IMG/VR virus record: IMGVR_UViG_3300029448_000026
Span: 1-64,000 of that record
Length of the DNA: 64,000 nucleotides
Direction: 5' to 3' (one strand)
Source: an uncultured virus (IMG/VR IMGVR_UViG_3300029448_000026)
Taxonomy: Duplodnaviria > Heunggongvirae > Uroviricota > Caudoviricetes
Program-made: the position numbers and the translations under genes
Notes under the pieces: generated by a model
Database searches by the model: none
Told to the model about the DNA's origin: nothing
What the model saw: the letters and a program-made list of their open reading frames with translations, nothing else
Shown here: one piece after another, positions 30,750 through 40,194 of the stretch
Layout: each line of letters begins with the position of its first letter
Position numbering within the stretch: the first letter of the stretch is position 1

Positions 30750-30933
30750 CTTCCATTTGGTTGCGCAAGAGGTCTTCCATGTGTGATATACTGATTTCTA
30801 GACCCCGTATAAAACCAGTCACACTTTTGTATTGAGAGAAGTCTTTTGCTCCTCCACTACTAAGAAATTCTATTGATCCATTTTTTTCCTCTATTAATTT
30901 ACTCTTAAGCACGTCAAAGACGGTTTGTACCAT
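30736..30933 (-). CDS. Hypothetical protein
   Basis: MVQTVFD..GGAKDFSQYKSVTGFIRGL; start moved to ATG 30933 with AGGAG RBS. Confidence 0.55.
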   Translation of the reverse strand: MVQTVFDVLKSKLIEEKNGSIEFLSSGGAKDFSQYKSVTGFIRGLEISISHMEDLLRNQMEDEDE

Positions 30934-30941
30934 GTTCTCTC

Positions 30942-31223
30942 CTAACAGTTCCATTTCCGCAAAGACTTATTTATCCTAGAGTTCGGATCTTTAGCGGTCT
31001 TTGCACTCGTTCTCCTTTTCTTCATTCCTTCCATTCTAGCGCAGAAAGACTTTCTTCTATTTGCTGCTTTAGAACCTTTCTTTAGCTTTGAAGGTTTAGT
31101 TGTAACCGCTGTCTTTAACTTAGATCCTGGATTAGCTTTTCTATATGAAGCGACTCCTTTTGCATTAAGTCCTCCACTCTTAGATTTACCTTCTTTCCTT
31201 TGCCATGCAGGTGACTTAGCCAT
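30942..31223 (-). CDS. Basic protein (DUF6321-like)
   Basis: 93 aa, GGLNAKGVASY..RRKSFCARM..SRINKSLRKWNC. Confidence 0.6.
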   Translation of the reverse strand: MAKSPAWQRKEGKSKSGGLNAKGVASYRKANPGSKLKTAVTTKPSKLKKGSKAANRRKSFCARMEGMKKRRTSAKTAKDPNSRINKSLRKWNC

Positions 31224-33610
31224 TATTGCTTTCCTTTCATGGTTTTTATTATATCTAAGTTAAGTTTGTTATCAGACTCTACCTTCTCTTTAGCTAACTT
31301 AACTCCTTTTTCCTTCGCGTCAATCTCTACTTTAGTTTTTTCTATTTCCACCTTCTCTTTATCAATAGCTGCGTCAGCAGCATCTTTCTGAGCTTTACGT
31401 TGTACTTCAGCTTGTTTAATGCCTAGTTCTTGCTGTTGCATCTGTACAACAGGATCTTGCGCTTTTGCCATGGCTTGCTGTTGGGCAACCATTTTTGCAT
31501 TCTTCTGTTGTAACTGCGCTCCTGCTTTGGCTACTAGCTGTGACAAGCTTACTTCTATGTCTTCTGGTAACTCCTCACCAGGTGCTGGTAGAGGTGCGCC
31601 AAGCTCCATCTCTATCTGTTTACGATACTTAAATCCAAGATGTTCAGCTATATGTGATTGTAAAGCTGCCATGATACGTTTTGCTTGTGGATTCTGTCCT
31701 ATCATTTGAGCCATCGTAGGATCTTGTAAGAATGATACATGAGATGCAATATGTGCATCGTGATCCTGATAAAGAAAAGCTTTCATCGGTTTACCTGTAA
31801 GAGCGTTCATATTCTCACTGACAGGATCTGTTGGTTTTATATCATCTTTTGTTGGAACAAGTTTGTCTGCGTTCTTTACCCCTAACACTTCTATCATCTG
31901 TCTGTGTAGTTGTGGTAAGTCGTATATTTGCGGTGCTTGCTGTGCCATTTGAAGAACTGCCTGATACTGTACCACTCTTTGCGCCATTGTAGAGCTATTT
32001 GGGTCTGACACAGGAATAACATCTGTCATCATGTAGTCAGCTTGCTTCGCGCTTGTTTGTCCTCTGTGTGGTTGGTATGTGTACTCTACAGGGGCGTATT
32101 CAGTCATAATAGCCTTGAGTAACTTAAACTCCTGTTTCATAGCATAGTGTACGCGAGCCTGTACTGCTGCCATGGGTTTAAGTGTTCTCTCTAACAAGGC
32201 AAGAGTTGTACCCACAGGAGCGTTAGCTGACATATCAGATATGTTCATATCGCTGATAGCCCCTAACCTTCTACCTTCAGTCGTAATCTGATTTAGTAAA
32301 GCTAAGAGAGTTTGGCTTGGCTCTTTATATGGTAGAGCCATAATATTATCACGAATACTGCCAGACGGTACATCTACATCTTTCCATTCACCTGGTTCAA
32401 TAGGCGCATCATCTCCTTTAATACGCAATCCACGAGATTTAAGGCCCCCTGGGAGATTAGAGAGAGTACCAGCATCAACAAGTTGACGAATGATTGAAGT
32501 TCCTGCACGAGCATATCCTCCTATAATGTGAATAAGTCCAAGACCGTAAAAACCAAACCCTGGTACATATACATAATGTACGAAATGCTGGCGTTTTAAC
32601 ATCAGCTCATCATCAGGGTTCCAGTTTCTTCTAATAGCCAATATTTCATTAGACCCACGTTCTATGGTGACCACGTAAGGTTTTGCTATCTCGTTATCAG
32701 ACTCATCAATCCCATCAATAACAAGATCTGCGTGAACTTCATACAACGCGTATCTATCATCATCTGTAAGGGAGTAACCCCCTTCTTCTGCTTTTCTTTC
32801 TTCTATATCAGTATGAAAAGATTGTGGGTCTCCTAAGTCTATATCACGGTAAAACCCATTAGCTTGCAGTTTCTTTAACTCATTCTTTGTTTTTCGCATG
32901 ATGTGCGTTACACGCTCTGCTGCCTCTATGTTAGAAGCTCCATAAGGCACGATTACGTCTTCAGCGGGTATATACATAGCGCACTGTCTGCCTATGTTAG
33001 GGTCATAGTATACCTTTTTGAAAGCTGAACCAGCTAGACCTAAACTGTACAATAATCTTTCATGCTCTGGCCTGTACTCCACCATATTCTCTGTCAACTG
33101 ATAGTTCATATCAGCTTTTACACGAGCAGCAGCTTCTTCCTTCTCTTTTGTTTCTTCACCAAGTATTTTTGTCTTAACAGGTCCAGCTGCAGGAAAAGTT
33201 TCACTCATTGTTTCCGCTTGGAACCGTATAGCAGCCTCCGCAAGCACTGTAGAGTAAACTCCACACGCACCCTCCCAAGGTTCGGTACGTTCTTCATATT
33301 TAAACCCCAGAACGTCCAGCCCCTTTACAAACGTGTCTGCCCAGTCTTTTCGACTATCCACGTCAGAATCTACCATCTCAACAATATCTGAAGCCAGAAT
33401 TTTGAGATCGTTCTCCTCCATTACATCGGCTAAGTTTTCATCAAACTCACCTGTACCTGACACATCTGCTTCAGGTATAATCGTAACCTCTACACTTCCA
33501 TCATTCAAAGTGACCATTTCTGGATCTACGATATCTATTTCTAGACCTTCACCTTCTGGCATTGGTGGGACACCCTCTGGTGCTTGGTATAAGCTCTTCT
33601 CAATAGCCAT
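31223..33610 (-). CDS. Portal protein
   Basis: 795 aa, GSAFKKVYYD and GFYGLGLIH motifs, Q-rich coiled-coil C-terminus (P22-like barrel); position in packaging module. Confidence 0.85.
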   Translation of the reverse strand: MAIEKSLYQAPEGVPPMPEGEGLEIDIVDPEMVTLNDGSVEVTIIPEADVSGTGEFDENLADVMEENDLKILASDIVEMVDSDVDSRKDWADTFVKGLDVLGFKYEERTEPWEGACGVYSTVLAEAAIRFQAETMSETFPAAGPVKTKILGEETKEKEEAAARVKADMNYQLTENMVEYRPEHERLLYSLGLAGSAFKKVYYDPNIGRQCAMYIPAEDVIVPYGASNIEAAERVTHIMRKTKNELKKLQANGFYRDIDLGDPQSFHTDIEERKAEEGGYSLTDDDRYALYEVHADLVIDGIDESDNEIAKPYVVTIERGSNEILAIRRNWNPDDELMLKRQHFVHYVYVPGFGFYGLGLIHIIGGYARAGTSIIRQLVDAGTLSNLPGGLKSRGLRIKGDDAPIEPGEWKDVDVPSGSIRDNIMALPYKEPSQTLLALLNQITTEGRRLGAISDMNISDMSANAPVGTTLALLERTLKPMAAVQARVHYAMKQEFKLLKAIMTEYAPVEYTYQPHRGQTSAKQADYMMTDVIPVSDPNSSTMAQRVVQYQAVLQMAQQAPQIYDLPQLHRQMIEVLGVKNADKLVPTKDDIKPTDPVSENMNALTGKPMKAFLYQDHDAHIASHVSFLQDPTMAQMIGQNPQAKRIMAALQSHIAEHLGFKYRKQIEMELGAPLPAPGEELPEDIEVSLSQLVAKAGAQLQQKNAKMVAQQQAMAKAQDPVVQMQQQELGIKQAEVQRKAQKDAADAAIDKEKVEIEKTKVEIDAKEKGVKLAKEKVESDNKLNLDIIKTMKGKQ

Positions 33611-34757
33611 CGGTAACTTTCTCCTTTATATACCCAAAAGGGTAGTTTTCTATAATCAGTTCTGCGAGTTCGTTAGCAGTTAAAGTATGCCTTTTCATCA
33701 TGTCTACCATTTTATCACTATTTTCCAAAAAATTAGTTACATCAAACCCATATCGTTCTGATTTGTAATCATTAATTCTTTTAATTCTTTTATTTGCAGC
33801 GTCTATCTCTTCTTGAGTATTGTCGGGGTTACTCTCTTTTGTGTATACAGGAGAATCTAGGTAATGTCTTCCAAATCCAACTCGCATACTCGCACCTACA
33901 TGTCTATTAAAAATATCGTCTAATATTTGTTCTTCGGGGCTTTTTTCTATAGACTCTTCGGGGTTTTTTTCTATAGACCCAGTAGGAGAGGCTTTGGCTT
34001 CGTCTCTTTGCGCGACTAGTTCAGTCAACTTACTACTCCAGTTCCCTTTCCCAAGTCTTTTTTGTTCTGCATTTATTTCAGCTTGTATATCTTTTACAGT
34101 CCTGCTTACTTTCTTTTTTTCTTCAGGTTCAAGTATTGTTCTAGGTATTTTACCATACTTTTGATTACGCCCATAATGGTCATCCATTGTATGTATAGCA
34201 GTGTGAGCTAAATCAGAATCCCCAAGTCCACCTACAAATTTACCCATCATTTGATAATCATTAGCTAGTGAAGGTGGTATAACTCCAGCTCTTATAAGAT
34301 CTTTTGTTATAAATTCGCCTATATGACTTAATTCATGGAAAACGGTTCGATCTCTTCTTTCTGGATCATAACCTCCTTCCTCTAGGTCTTCCAAAGATCT
34401 TAACATTACTTGGTGGTAATTCCCTCCTGATGTATTATATGGAGAGCCTGCTGGTACAGCACTCCCAAAAGCAGTAGTATCAGGTTGAAACATAAGAGAA
34501 GCTAGTCCTCCTGGAACTTCTGATCTATACTTGTCCATGTAACGTGCGCCTAGTTCTACTTGTGGTTGTTCCATAGTTCTTTGCGCATTGTATATGTCAG
34601 CTAACAATTCTGTATCACCAAATTCCTCCATTAACTTTTTCTGTTTTTCACGGTCTAGAGGTGGCTGGGTCGTGCCAGGTTCTTTAATAGTATCATAACC
34701 CATTTCAGGGCTACCCATACCAAGTAAACCTAACAATTTTTCTAGAAAGTCCATCAA
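33600..34757 (-). CDS. Protein with HExxH zincin-like motif
   Basis: 385 aa, RTVFHELSH. Confidence 0.5.
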   Translation of the reverse strand: MMDFLEKLLGLLGMGSPEMGYDTIKEPGTTQPPLDREKQKKLMEEFGDTELLADIYNAQRTMEQPQVELGARYMDKYRSEVPGGLASLMFQPDTTAFGSAVPAGSPYNTSGGNYHQVMLRSLEDLEEGGYDPERRDRTVFHELSHIGEFITKDLIRAGVIPPSLANDYQMMGKFVGGLGDSDLAHTAIHTMDDHYGRNQKYGKIPRTILEPEEKKKVSRTVKDIQAEINAEQKRLGKGNWSSKLTELVAQRDEAKASPTGSIEKNPEESIEKSPEEQILDDIFNRHVGASMRVGFGRHYLDSPVYTKESNPDNTQEEIDAANKRIKRINDYKSERYGFDVTNFLENSDKMVDMMKRHTLTANELAELIIENYPFGYIKEKVTDGY

Positions 34758-36223
34758 TCTTCCTCAAAATCAAGTTCTAGTTGTTTGTACGAGTCATCTG
34801 GGTTGACAAGCATCTCGTCATAGATAACATAATTTAATTTATCTTTGTCTGCCTCTGAAATACCCCCAAAATTTTGGCCAGGTCTAAGCTTTATACCGTG
34901 CAAACCATTTTTTGCCAACATATCTTCTATAAAAGAGGGTGCAAATATTTTATTTTTAAGTGCGTCTACCTTAGCATTCTTCGGGGGTACACGCCCCGTA
35001 ACGCTATAACCAATACCACCAGTTCGCATAGCATCAAGTGCTAATTCTTTAGCGAGGTCTTTCCAGTTGTTAATTATCTGCCCTACATCGCGACTAAAAA
35101 ACCCAGGCATCCCTACCTTAAATATTTTTCCTTCTTTTCTAGAAGGGGGAAACAATTTCTTTTGTATTTCATTTATCTTTGCAACTTGGTTAGGTAAGAG
35201 TACTTTTATTTCTTCAAATACTTTATTAAGATCCTCACCAGTTTTTCTGAAAGCACTTTGAATTTCTTTACTCTGTATTGTAATAGGACTATTCCAATGG
35301 GCCATTCTTTCTTTTAATGCTTTTGAAGTTACTTCTTTAACCGCCCCAAAACCGTCTCTAAGCTTATCTCCATGCATACTTAAAAACTCAGCTACTTTTC
35401 GCCTTCGTATTTTTTTATTAGGGTGAGATGCAAACCTTTTTGCTGCCTCTATAAAATCTACCCCATCAACTTTTTCAAAAGCTTCGTTTGCAAATTTAGG
35501 ATCATTATAAGCTTTTTTGAAAACCCCATGAATCCTATAAAAATCTGTAACATCATCTAAAGTACCAAAATAATGTCCATCGCTAAAAGCCTGACTTCCC
35601 TGCCCACTACTCATATATGATTTGTCAAAATAATCAAAAGTAGGTTCTTCAGGTGTCCCAAACCCAGTTCCGTGTTTTAAGTCCCCAATTTCCCCTTTTT
35701 CCCTTAGAAACCCAGGCCCTATAGTTCTTTCCGTAATTTCATCTTTAAAATCTGTATATAACTTCTTTTTAAAATAGGGAAAAAAATTAATCCCCTCTAT
35801 TATCTCATCAAGGTTATCTTTAACATTCGCTCCTGTAACCCCCAATTTATCTATCGCTGCCTGAGCTATAGGTGTTCCCGCCTCCTCTACTACTTTGGAG
35901 CTTAGACCAGGTACTAGAGAATATAACGCAGCTGTAGTAAGATCCATACCTCTGCCTGCGGTTCCCATGTCTATATTCCCAGATAATATGTCATCTGTTA
36001 CATCCTTACCAGCATCTAATACCTCTTGCTTATCTGCAGCAGATACTATTTCAGGTAAAAGGTTTCCTAACTTACCATAAAATTCACCAAACCCTGGTAC
36101 TCTAGCAATAGCTTCGTCAATTTTACCAAACTGTTTTCTTATGGGCTTTGTAAGCTCAAACCTTTCTTCGGGAGTATCAATCTTACCGATTGTACTTTTA
36201 TAAAGTTCGTCTAACCCAGCCAT
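34754..36223 (-). CDS. Putative ADP-ribosyltransferase (ART-PolyVal-like)
   Basis: 489 aa, LKHGT..FDYFD....SGQGSQAFSDGHYF and GLHGI..NYVIYD. Confidence 0.55.
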   Translation of the reverse strand: MAGLDELYKSTIGKIDTPEERFELTKPIRKQFGKIDEAIARVPGFGEFYGKLGNLLPEIVSAADKQEVLDAGKDVTDDILSGNIDMGTAGRGMDLTTAALYSLVPGLSSKVVEEAGTPIAQAAIDKLGVTGANVKDNLDEIIEGINFFPYFKKKLYTDFKDEITERTIGPGFLREKGEIGDLKHGTGFGTPEEPTFDYFDKSYMSSGQGSQAFSDGHYFGTLDDVTDFYRIHGVFKKAYNDPKFANEAFEKVDGVDFIEAAKRFASHPNKKIRRRKVAEFLSMHGDKLRDGFGAVKEVTSKALKERMAHWNSPITIQSKEIQSAFRKTGEDLNKVFEEIKVLLPNQVAKINEIQKKLFPPSRKEGKIFKVGMPGFFSRDVGQIINNWKDLAKELALDAMRTGGIGYSVTGRVPPKNAKVDALKNKIFAPSFIEDMLAKNGLHGIKLRPGQNFGGISEADKDKLNYVIYDEMLVNPDDSYKQLELDFEED

Positions 36224-37782
36224 CAGTAATAACCACTTCCTCTACGTTTAAAATACCTTATCTCATCTGGTTCGTCATTTGGCAATCTAATAAACCCTCC
36301 TTGCCTAAACCGCATAAGAGCCATCACCATAGAATCCACAAGGTCATCATGACTCATAAATGGAAATCCTGCAACTTCTTCTACCAATTCTTCCGCCCAT
36401 CTTGTTTCTGGAACCCATACCATTCCAGATGATACCATATCCGTTACAGAATTTAAACGGGCTAATTTATCTCCCGACCCTCTATGAGGAGTATATTCCT
36501 GTACAGGAATACCCATCCTGCGCATTTCTTGGTAAACTGCTGTACCTGCGCTCTTTTTCTCCACAATAAACGAATCAGGTTCCCACTCATCATGCTCTTC
36601 TAAAGCCAAGGCTTTTAGTTCAGGAAACTCCAAACGCTTTTTTATACTGTTAAGAAGTATGATATGATGCTCTCCTGCATCTTCATTCAAGAACACACCC
36701 CATGTTGTCAAGGCTGTAAAGTCTGCTCTGTTGTGTGTTTCAGCAGCTGCGTCCAATGACATGATAATATATTCACAGGGCGGTGGCCGTTCTACTTTCC
36801 ATTTCTGCCACCACTCCCGTTTGATGATCGAGGCTTCTTCAGCAGTGGGTTGCTGTTGGTACTGTGCGTTCCATTGAAACACAGGCATGGAAGCTTTTGT
36901 ACGATAGAGAGCTTCTAAATCAAAAAAAGCAGGCCAAAGTGGTTTTTCTACTTCTTTCTTAGTCTCTGTACCCTCTATCTTTAGTATCGCGGGGAACTCT
37001 ACGATCTCATACTGATCCGACTGTTTGTTGTTTGACATATCCTTAGTAACACGTCCTGTCAGGTCATCCATGTGCCAACGTGTTTGTATGATAGCTACAC
37101 GCCCACCAGGCATAAGGCGTGTTCTAGCACCGAAAGTGAACCAGTCGTATGCCTTTTCAAAAACTTCAAAGTTACCGTTTATAACATCCTGTTCAGAATG
37201 AGGATCGTCAACAAGCAACAGATCAGCGCCACGACCAGCGATAGAGGAACCGATTCCACAAGCATAATATTCTCCTCCCATGTTTGTATTCCATCTTCCT
37301 GCTGATTTAGAGTCAACAGCTAACTCAACAGTAGGAAATATTTGTTTATATTCTTCAGTAGCGATCAAGTTACGTACTTTTCTACCGAAATCGACAGCCA
37401 AATCAGTCGTATGAGAGACCATCATGACTTTTTTATTCGGGTTACGCCCCAAAAACCACGCGGGAAACATAATAGACACTAACTGAGATTTTCCATGTCT
37501 AGGGGGTATATTAACACAGATACGGTCTTTTTTACCCTGTTCTATGTCCATTAACATACCTGCAAGGAGCCTATGATGCCGTCCTGCTATGTAATCTTTT
37601 TGCATATGTTGACAAAAAGCGATCAAATCACTGTAAGCCTGCTCATTTTTCTTACGAGTATTGAGTTCATTGACCAATTTATCAATCTCTTGCACCTCAT
37701 CAGCGTCAAAAGTGTCTAAATTAGCCAACATTTGCTGTATTTCTGACTCAGAAAAGTCAAAAGACTGTTCAGTTGTCGTCAT
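36223..37782 (-). CDS. terL: Terminase large subunit
   Basis: Walker A PPRHGKS, Walker B LLVDDP, QTRWHMDDL, RNase H-like nuclease with HDDLVD. Confidence 0.95.
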   Translation of the reverse strand: MTTTEQSFDFSESEIQQMLANLDTFDADEVQEIDKLVNELNTRKKNEQAYSDLIAFCQHMQKDYIAGRHHRLLAGMLMDIEQGKKDRICVNIPPRHGKSQLVSIMFPAWFLGRNPNKKVMMVSHTTDLAVDFGRKVRNLIATEEYKQIFPTVELAVDSKSAGRWNTNMGGEYYACGIGSSIAGRGADLLLVDDPHSEQDVINGNFEVFEKAYDWFTFGARTRLMPGGRVAIIQTRWHMDDLTGRVTKDMSNNKQSDQYEIVEFPAILKIEGTETKKEVEKPLWPAFFDLEALYRTKASMPVFQWNAQYQQQPTAEEASIIKREWWQKWKVERPPPCEYIIMSLDAAAETHNRADFTALTTWGVFLNEDAGEHHIILLNSIKKRLEFPELKALALEEHDEWEPDSFIVEKKSAGTAVYQEMRRMGIPVQEYTPHRGSGDKLARLNSVTDMVSSGMVWVPETRWAEELVEEVAGFPFMSHDDLVDSMVMALMRFRQGGFIRLPNDEPDEIRYFKRRGSGYY

Positions 37783-38380
37783 TTTTATCCTTTAACCCTA
37801 ATTCTTCGTCAACATCTATAGATTCACCGTCAATTAGGACTGCATCTTCGATTTCTTCCTCTGGATTTACCAGTTTTGTTAGTTTTTCACGTAATCTCTC
37901 GCGTAAATCATCTGTAGACTGGTGCGTTACCGTTATTTCAGACTTCTCAGAGAACAGCCCCACGTCAGAGATCTTACCCAGAAGCTCTAATGCACGTATA
38001 CGCACCCTTGGATCTGGGTTTTCACTCTCAATCAACAGTTTATTAGTGACCAAATCGCGGATTTGCTTAGAACTTTCAACTACAGAACGCCCAAACTCCT
38101 TTAAAATGTTGTTTGTCATAACGATTGATGCGGGGGTAACTGTAGACAACTTCTTATTTGTTACTTTCTTTGACGTAGTCTCTGGGTCTCCAGAGTAAGC
38201 CGTAGATAATTTAGCTGTAACATCCTTATCCTCTTGCGTAAGTTCAAGACTTAGCCCGTGGATTTCTAACTCTTCTGCTGTATTAGCTGCAGCTTCTACC
38301 CGATCTTTTAAATCAATAGGTAAAGGACTGTTCTCCAGCTTTACCCCCATTTCAGGTTCTACTCTAATAGCCATGGACAC
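37769..38380 (-). CDS. Putative terminase small subunit
   Basis: 203 aa immediately upstream of terL; RIRALELLGKISDVGLF. Confidence 0.55.
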   Translation of the reverse strand: MSMAIRVEPEMGVKLENSPLPIDLKDRVEAAANTAEELEIHGLSLELTQEDKDVTAKLSTAYSGDPETTSKKVTNKKLSTVTPASIVMTNNILKEFGRSVVESSKQIRDLVTNKLLIESENPDPRVRIRALELLGKISDVGLFSEKSEITVTHQSTDDLRERLREKLTKLVNPEEEIEDAVLIDGESIDVDEELGLKDKNDDN

Positions 38381-38459
38381 CTGCAGGTTGTTAACTGTTG
38401 GTGCGCAACCCTGTGAATTAAAAACGATTCCCTCTCATTTTTATAAGGCTGCGCAAAAT

Positions 38460-38489
38460 ATTATATAGACAAAAAAATTTTTTTGTAAA
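38460..38489 (-). promoter_or_regulatory. Sigma70-like promoter for the leftward structural operon
   Basis: TTTACA (38489-38484) - 18 nt - TATAAT (38465-38460), overlapped by an 18-bp palindrome. Confidence 0.5.
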
Positions 38490-38771
38490 GTAGTTTGGGA
38501 CTCCTATAGGGGGGGCCTTCCTATATAGAGGGTGTACCCCTCCAACTCAGACAAAACGAAAATATTCGTCTAAAATAGTATATATAGAGATGTAGGTACT
38601 GACATATATCAAGTGGTGGTAGGGGGTAGGGTATGGTTACAGTGAGTCCAGTTAGTGATTAACTAACTAAAACGCTTTACTAACTATATCTATACTTGTT
38701 TATATATGCTTATATTAACTTATCAAGACGCAATCATGCTCTTGTTAAATCAACTAAATGGAGGTGTCACC

Positions 38772-39470
38772 ATGACACAACAAGTAAATACGACTACACC
38801 AACCGAGCATCAACTTCCTAACGGAGCATTGGCAGATCAAAAGGTCAATGCCGTAGATGATAACGTAGGTATAGTTAAAGAAGCTATTGGCTACGCTATC
38901 AAGATAGATGAAACTAAGGAAGAGGGTAAGCAAGCAAGAGGTATGCTTGAGGATATGTCGAACGTGTTTAAGGATGTTGGGATATCCGCCTTTCACTTCT
39001 GCACTCCTAAACTTGCCCATGTGGTCAAGCTGGAAGATGGTACATTCAAGATTACCGAGAATGTAAAGAACCCCCAGCATTTACCTGTGGAGGAGTTAGA
39101 GGTCAGAGGTGAGGGATGTACGGCATCACCTGCTGAGGCTATTGCTATCAGGCAAGCTTACTTTGATAGTTGTGATCCATCTGGGCTTATGACTGAGATA
39201 TTCAATACCCCACAGGATCAACGGAAGAATAAGCATAAGCTTCATGACCGACATATCTTTGATAGCTATAACAAGCAAAGAGATAAGAAGCTTGCCACAG
39301 TATTCAATGCTTTGAAGCCTAAGCAACCCCCAGAGAAAAAGACACCAAAGCAGAAAGTAATCATACATCTGGATAATGTTGCTAAAGCTTTGGAAAAATT
39401 GGATGCTGATACCATGGATATTGATAAGCAAATCCTAGCTTTAAAAGCACGGGTAATCAAACTAAAATAA
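38772..39470 (+). CDS. First early gene, hypothetical protein
   Basis: Start moved to ATG 38772 (GGAGGT RBS); 232 aa; followed by its own terminator. Confidence 0.7.
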   Translation: MTQQVNTTTPTEHQLPNGALADQKVNAVDDNVGIVKEAIGYAIKIDETKEEGKQARGMLEDMSNVFKDVGISAFHFCTPKLAHVVKLEDGTFKITENVKNPQHLPVEELEVRGEGCTASPAEAIAIRQAYFDSCDPSGLMTEIFNTPQDQRKNKHKLHDRHIFDSYNKQRDKKLATVFNALKPKQPPEKKTPKQKVIIHLDNVAKALEKLDADTMDIDKQILALKARVIKLK

Positions 39471-39476
39471 TATATG

Positions 39477-39503
39477 GGGCGACCTTCGGGTCGCCCTTTT
39501 TTT
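39477..39503 (+). terminator. Intrinsic terminator
   Basis: GGGCGACC-TTCG-GGTCGCCC followed by T7. Confidence 0.9.
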
Positions 39504-39717
39504 GTGCCTAAAGATACCAGTTCTCTCAGTAGCAGTGTGGCGTTTCGACTTAACACGTCTGGGTAGTAGACGTACCATGGCTGCCCGTCTATTAACACGT
39601 CACCACGTACATACCTTTGCCACCCTTGCCACCCAAATGGTAAAAGTTTTGAAAAACAGTTAGTCACACACTAACAAGTTTGAAGCCAGTTCTCATTGTA
39701 GCAGACCGTCTCAGTGT

Positions 39718-40051
39718 AATGTTCCATAATGTTACCATAATGTTCCATAATGTTCCCTTTTTTTTGGGCAAAAAGTAACATTTGATTTTAATTGCAAAAG
39801 GTATCACAAGGTGTCACACGATTGTATCTACTGCATAGAATTTATACTGTATATATATATATATATATAATGTTCCTTTTTTTAAAAAGTATTTAACAAC
39901 TATTCGACCCCCATCTCTTGCTATTCCATTTCAGTTAGTCATTCACTAACCGACCTTTAATTCCTTTCCGTTTGGAACATTGGAACATTCCTTTATTATC
40001 AATAACTTATTTGGAACATTATCAGGACACTATAAGACAATAGGGAACATT
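39718..40051. repeat. Iteron-like AATGTTCC repeats around a (TA)n tract; putative replication origin
   Basis: Five forward and five inverted copies (two are GTTAC variants); TA run at 39850-39869. Confidence 0.7.
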
Positions 40052-40118
40052 ACACTGTATGACGTCTTATGATATACTATGACACCAACAAGCCGCTTCT
40101 GTAGTTCGTTGACGTTGG

Positions 40119-40147
40119 TTGACACAGCAGTACACCTATGCTATACT
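40119..40147 (+). promoter_or_regulatory. Strong sigma70-type early promoter
   Basis: TTGACA - 17 nt - TATACT with extended -10 TG, 47 nt upstream of ATG 40195. Confidence 0.8.
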
Positions 40148-40194
40148 GTAAGGACAATCTAAAAGTATGTCTAGCAAACAAAGGAGAACACGTT

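Noticed and set aside
149..38198. Plus-strand ORFs in the structural arm (and minus-strand ORFs in the replication arm)
   Set aside because: They are antisense shadows of long motif-bearing genes and show no recognisable motifs.
39504..40118. tRNA genes or twister ribozyme in the long intergenic region
   Set aside because: No cloverleaf with T-loop and acceptor stem, and no twister core consensus, could be built by eye.
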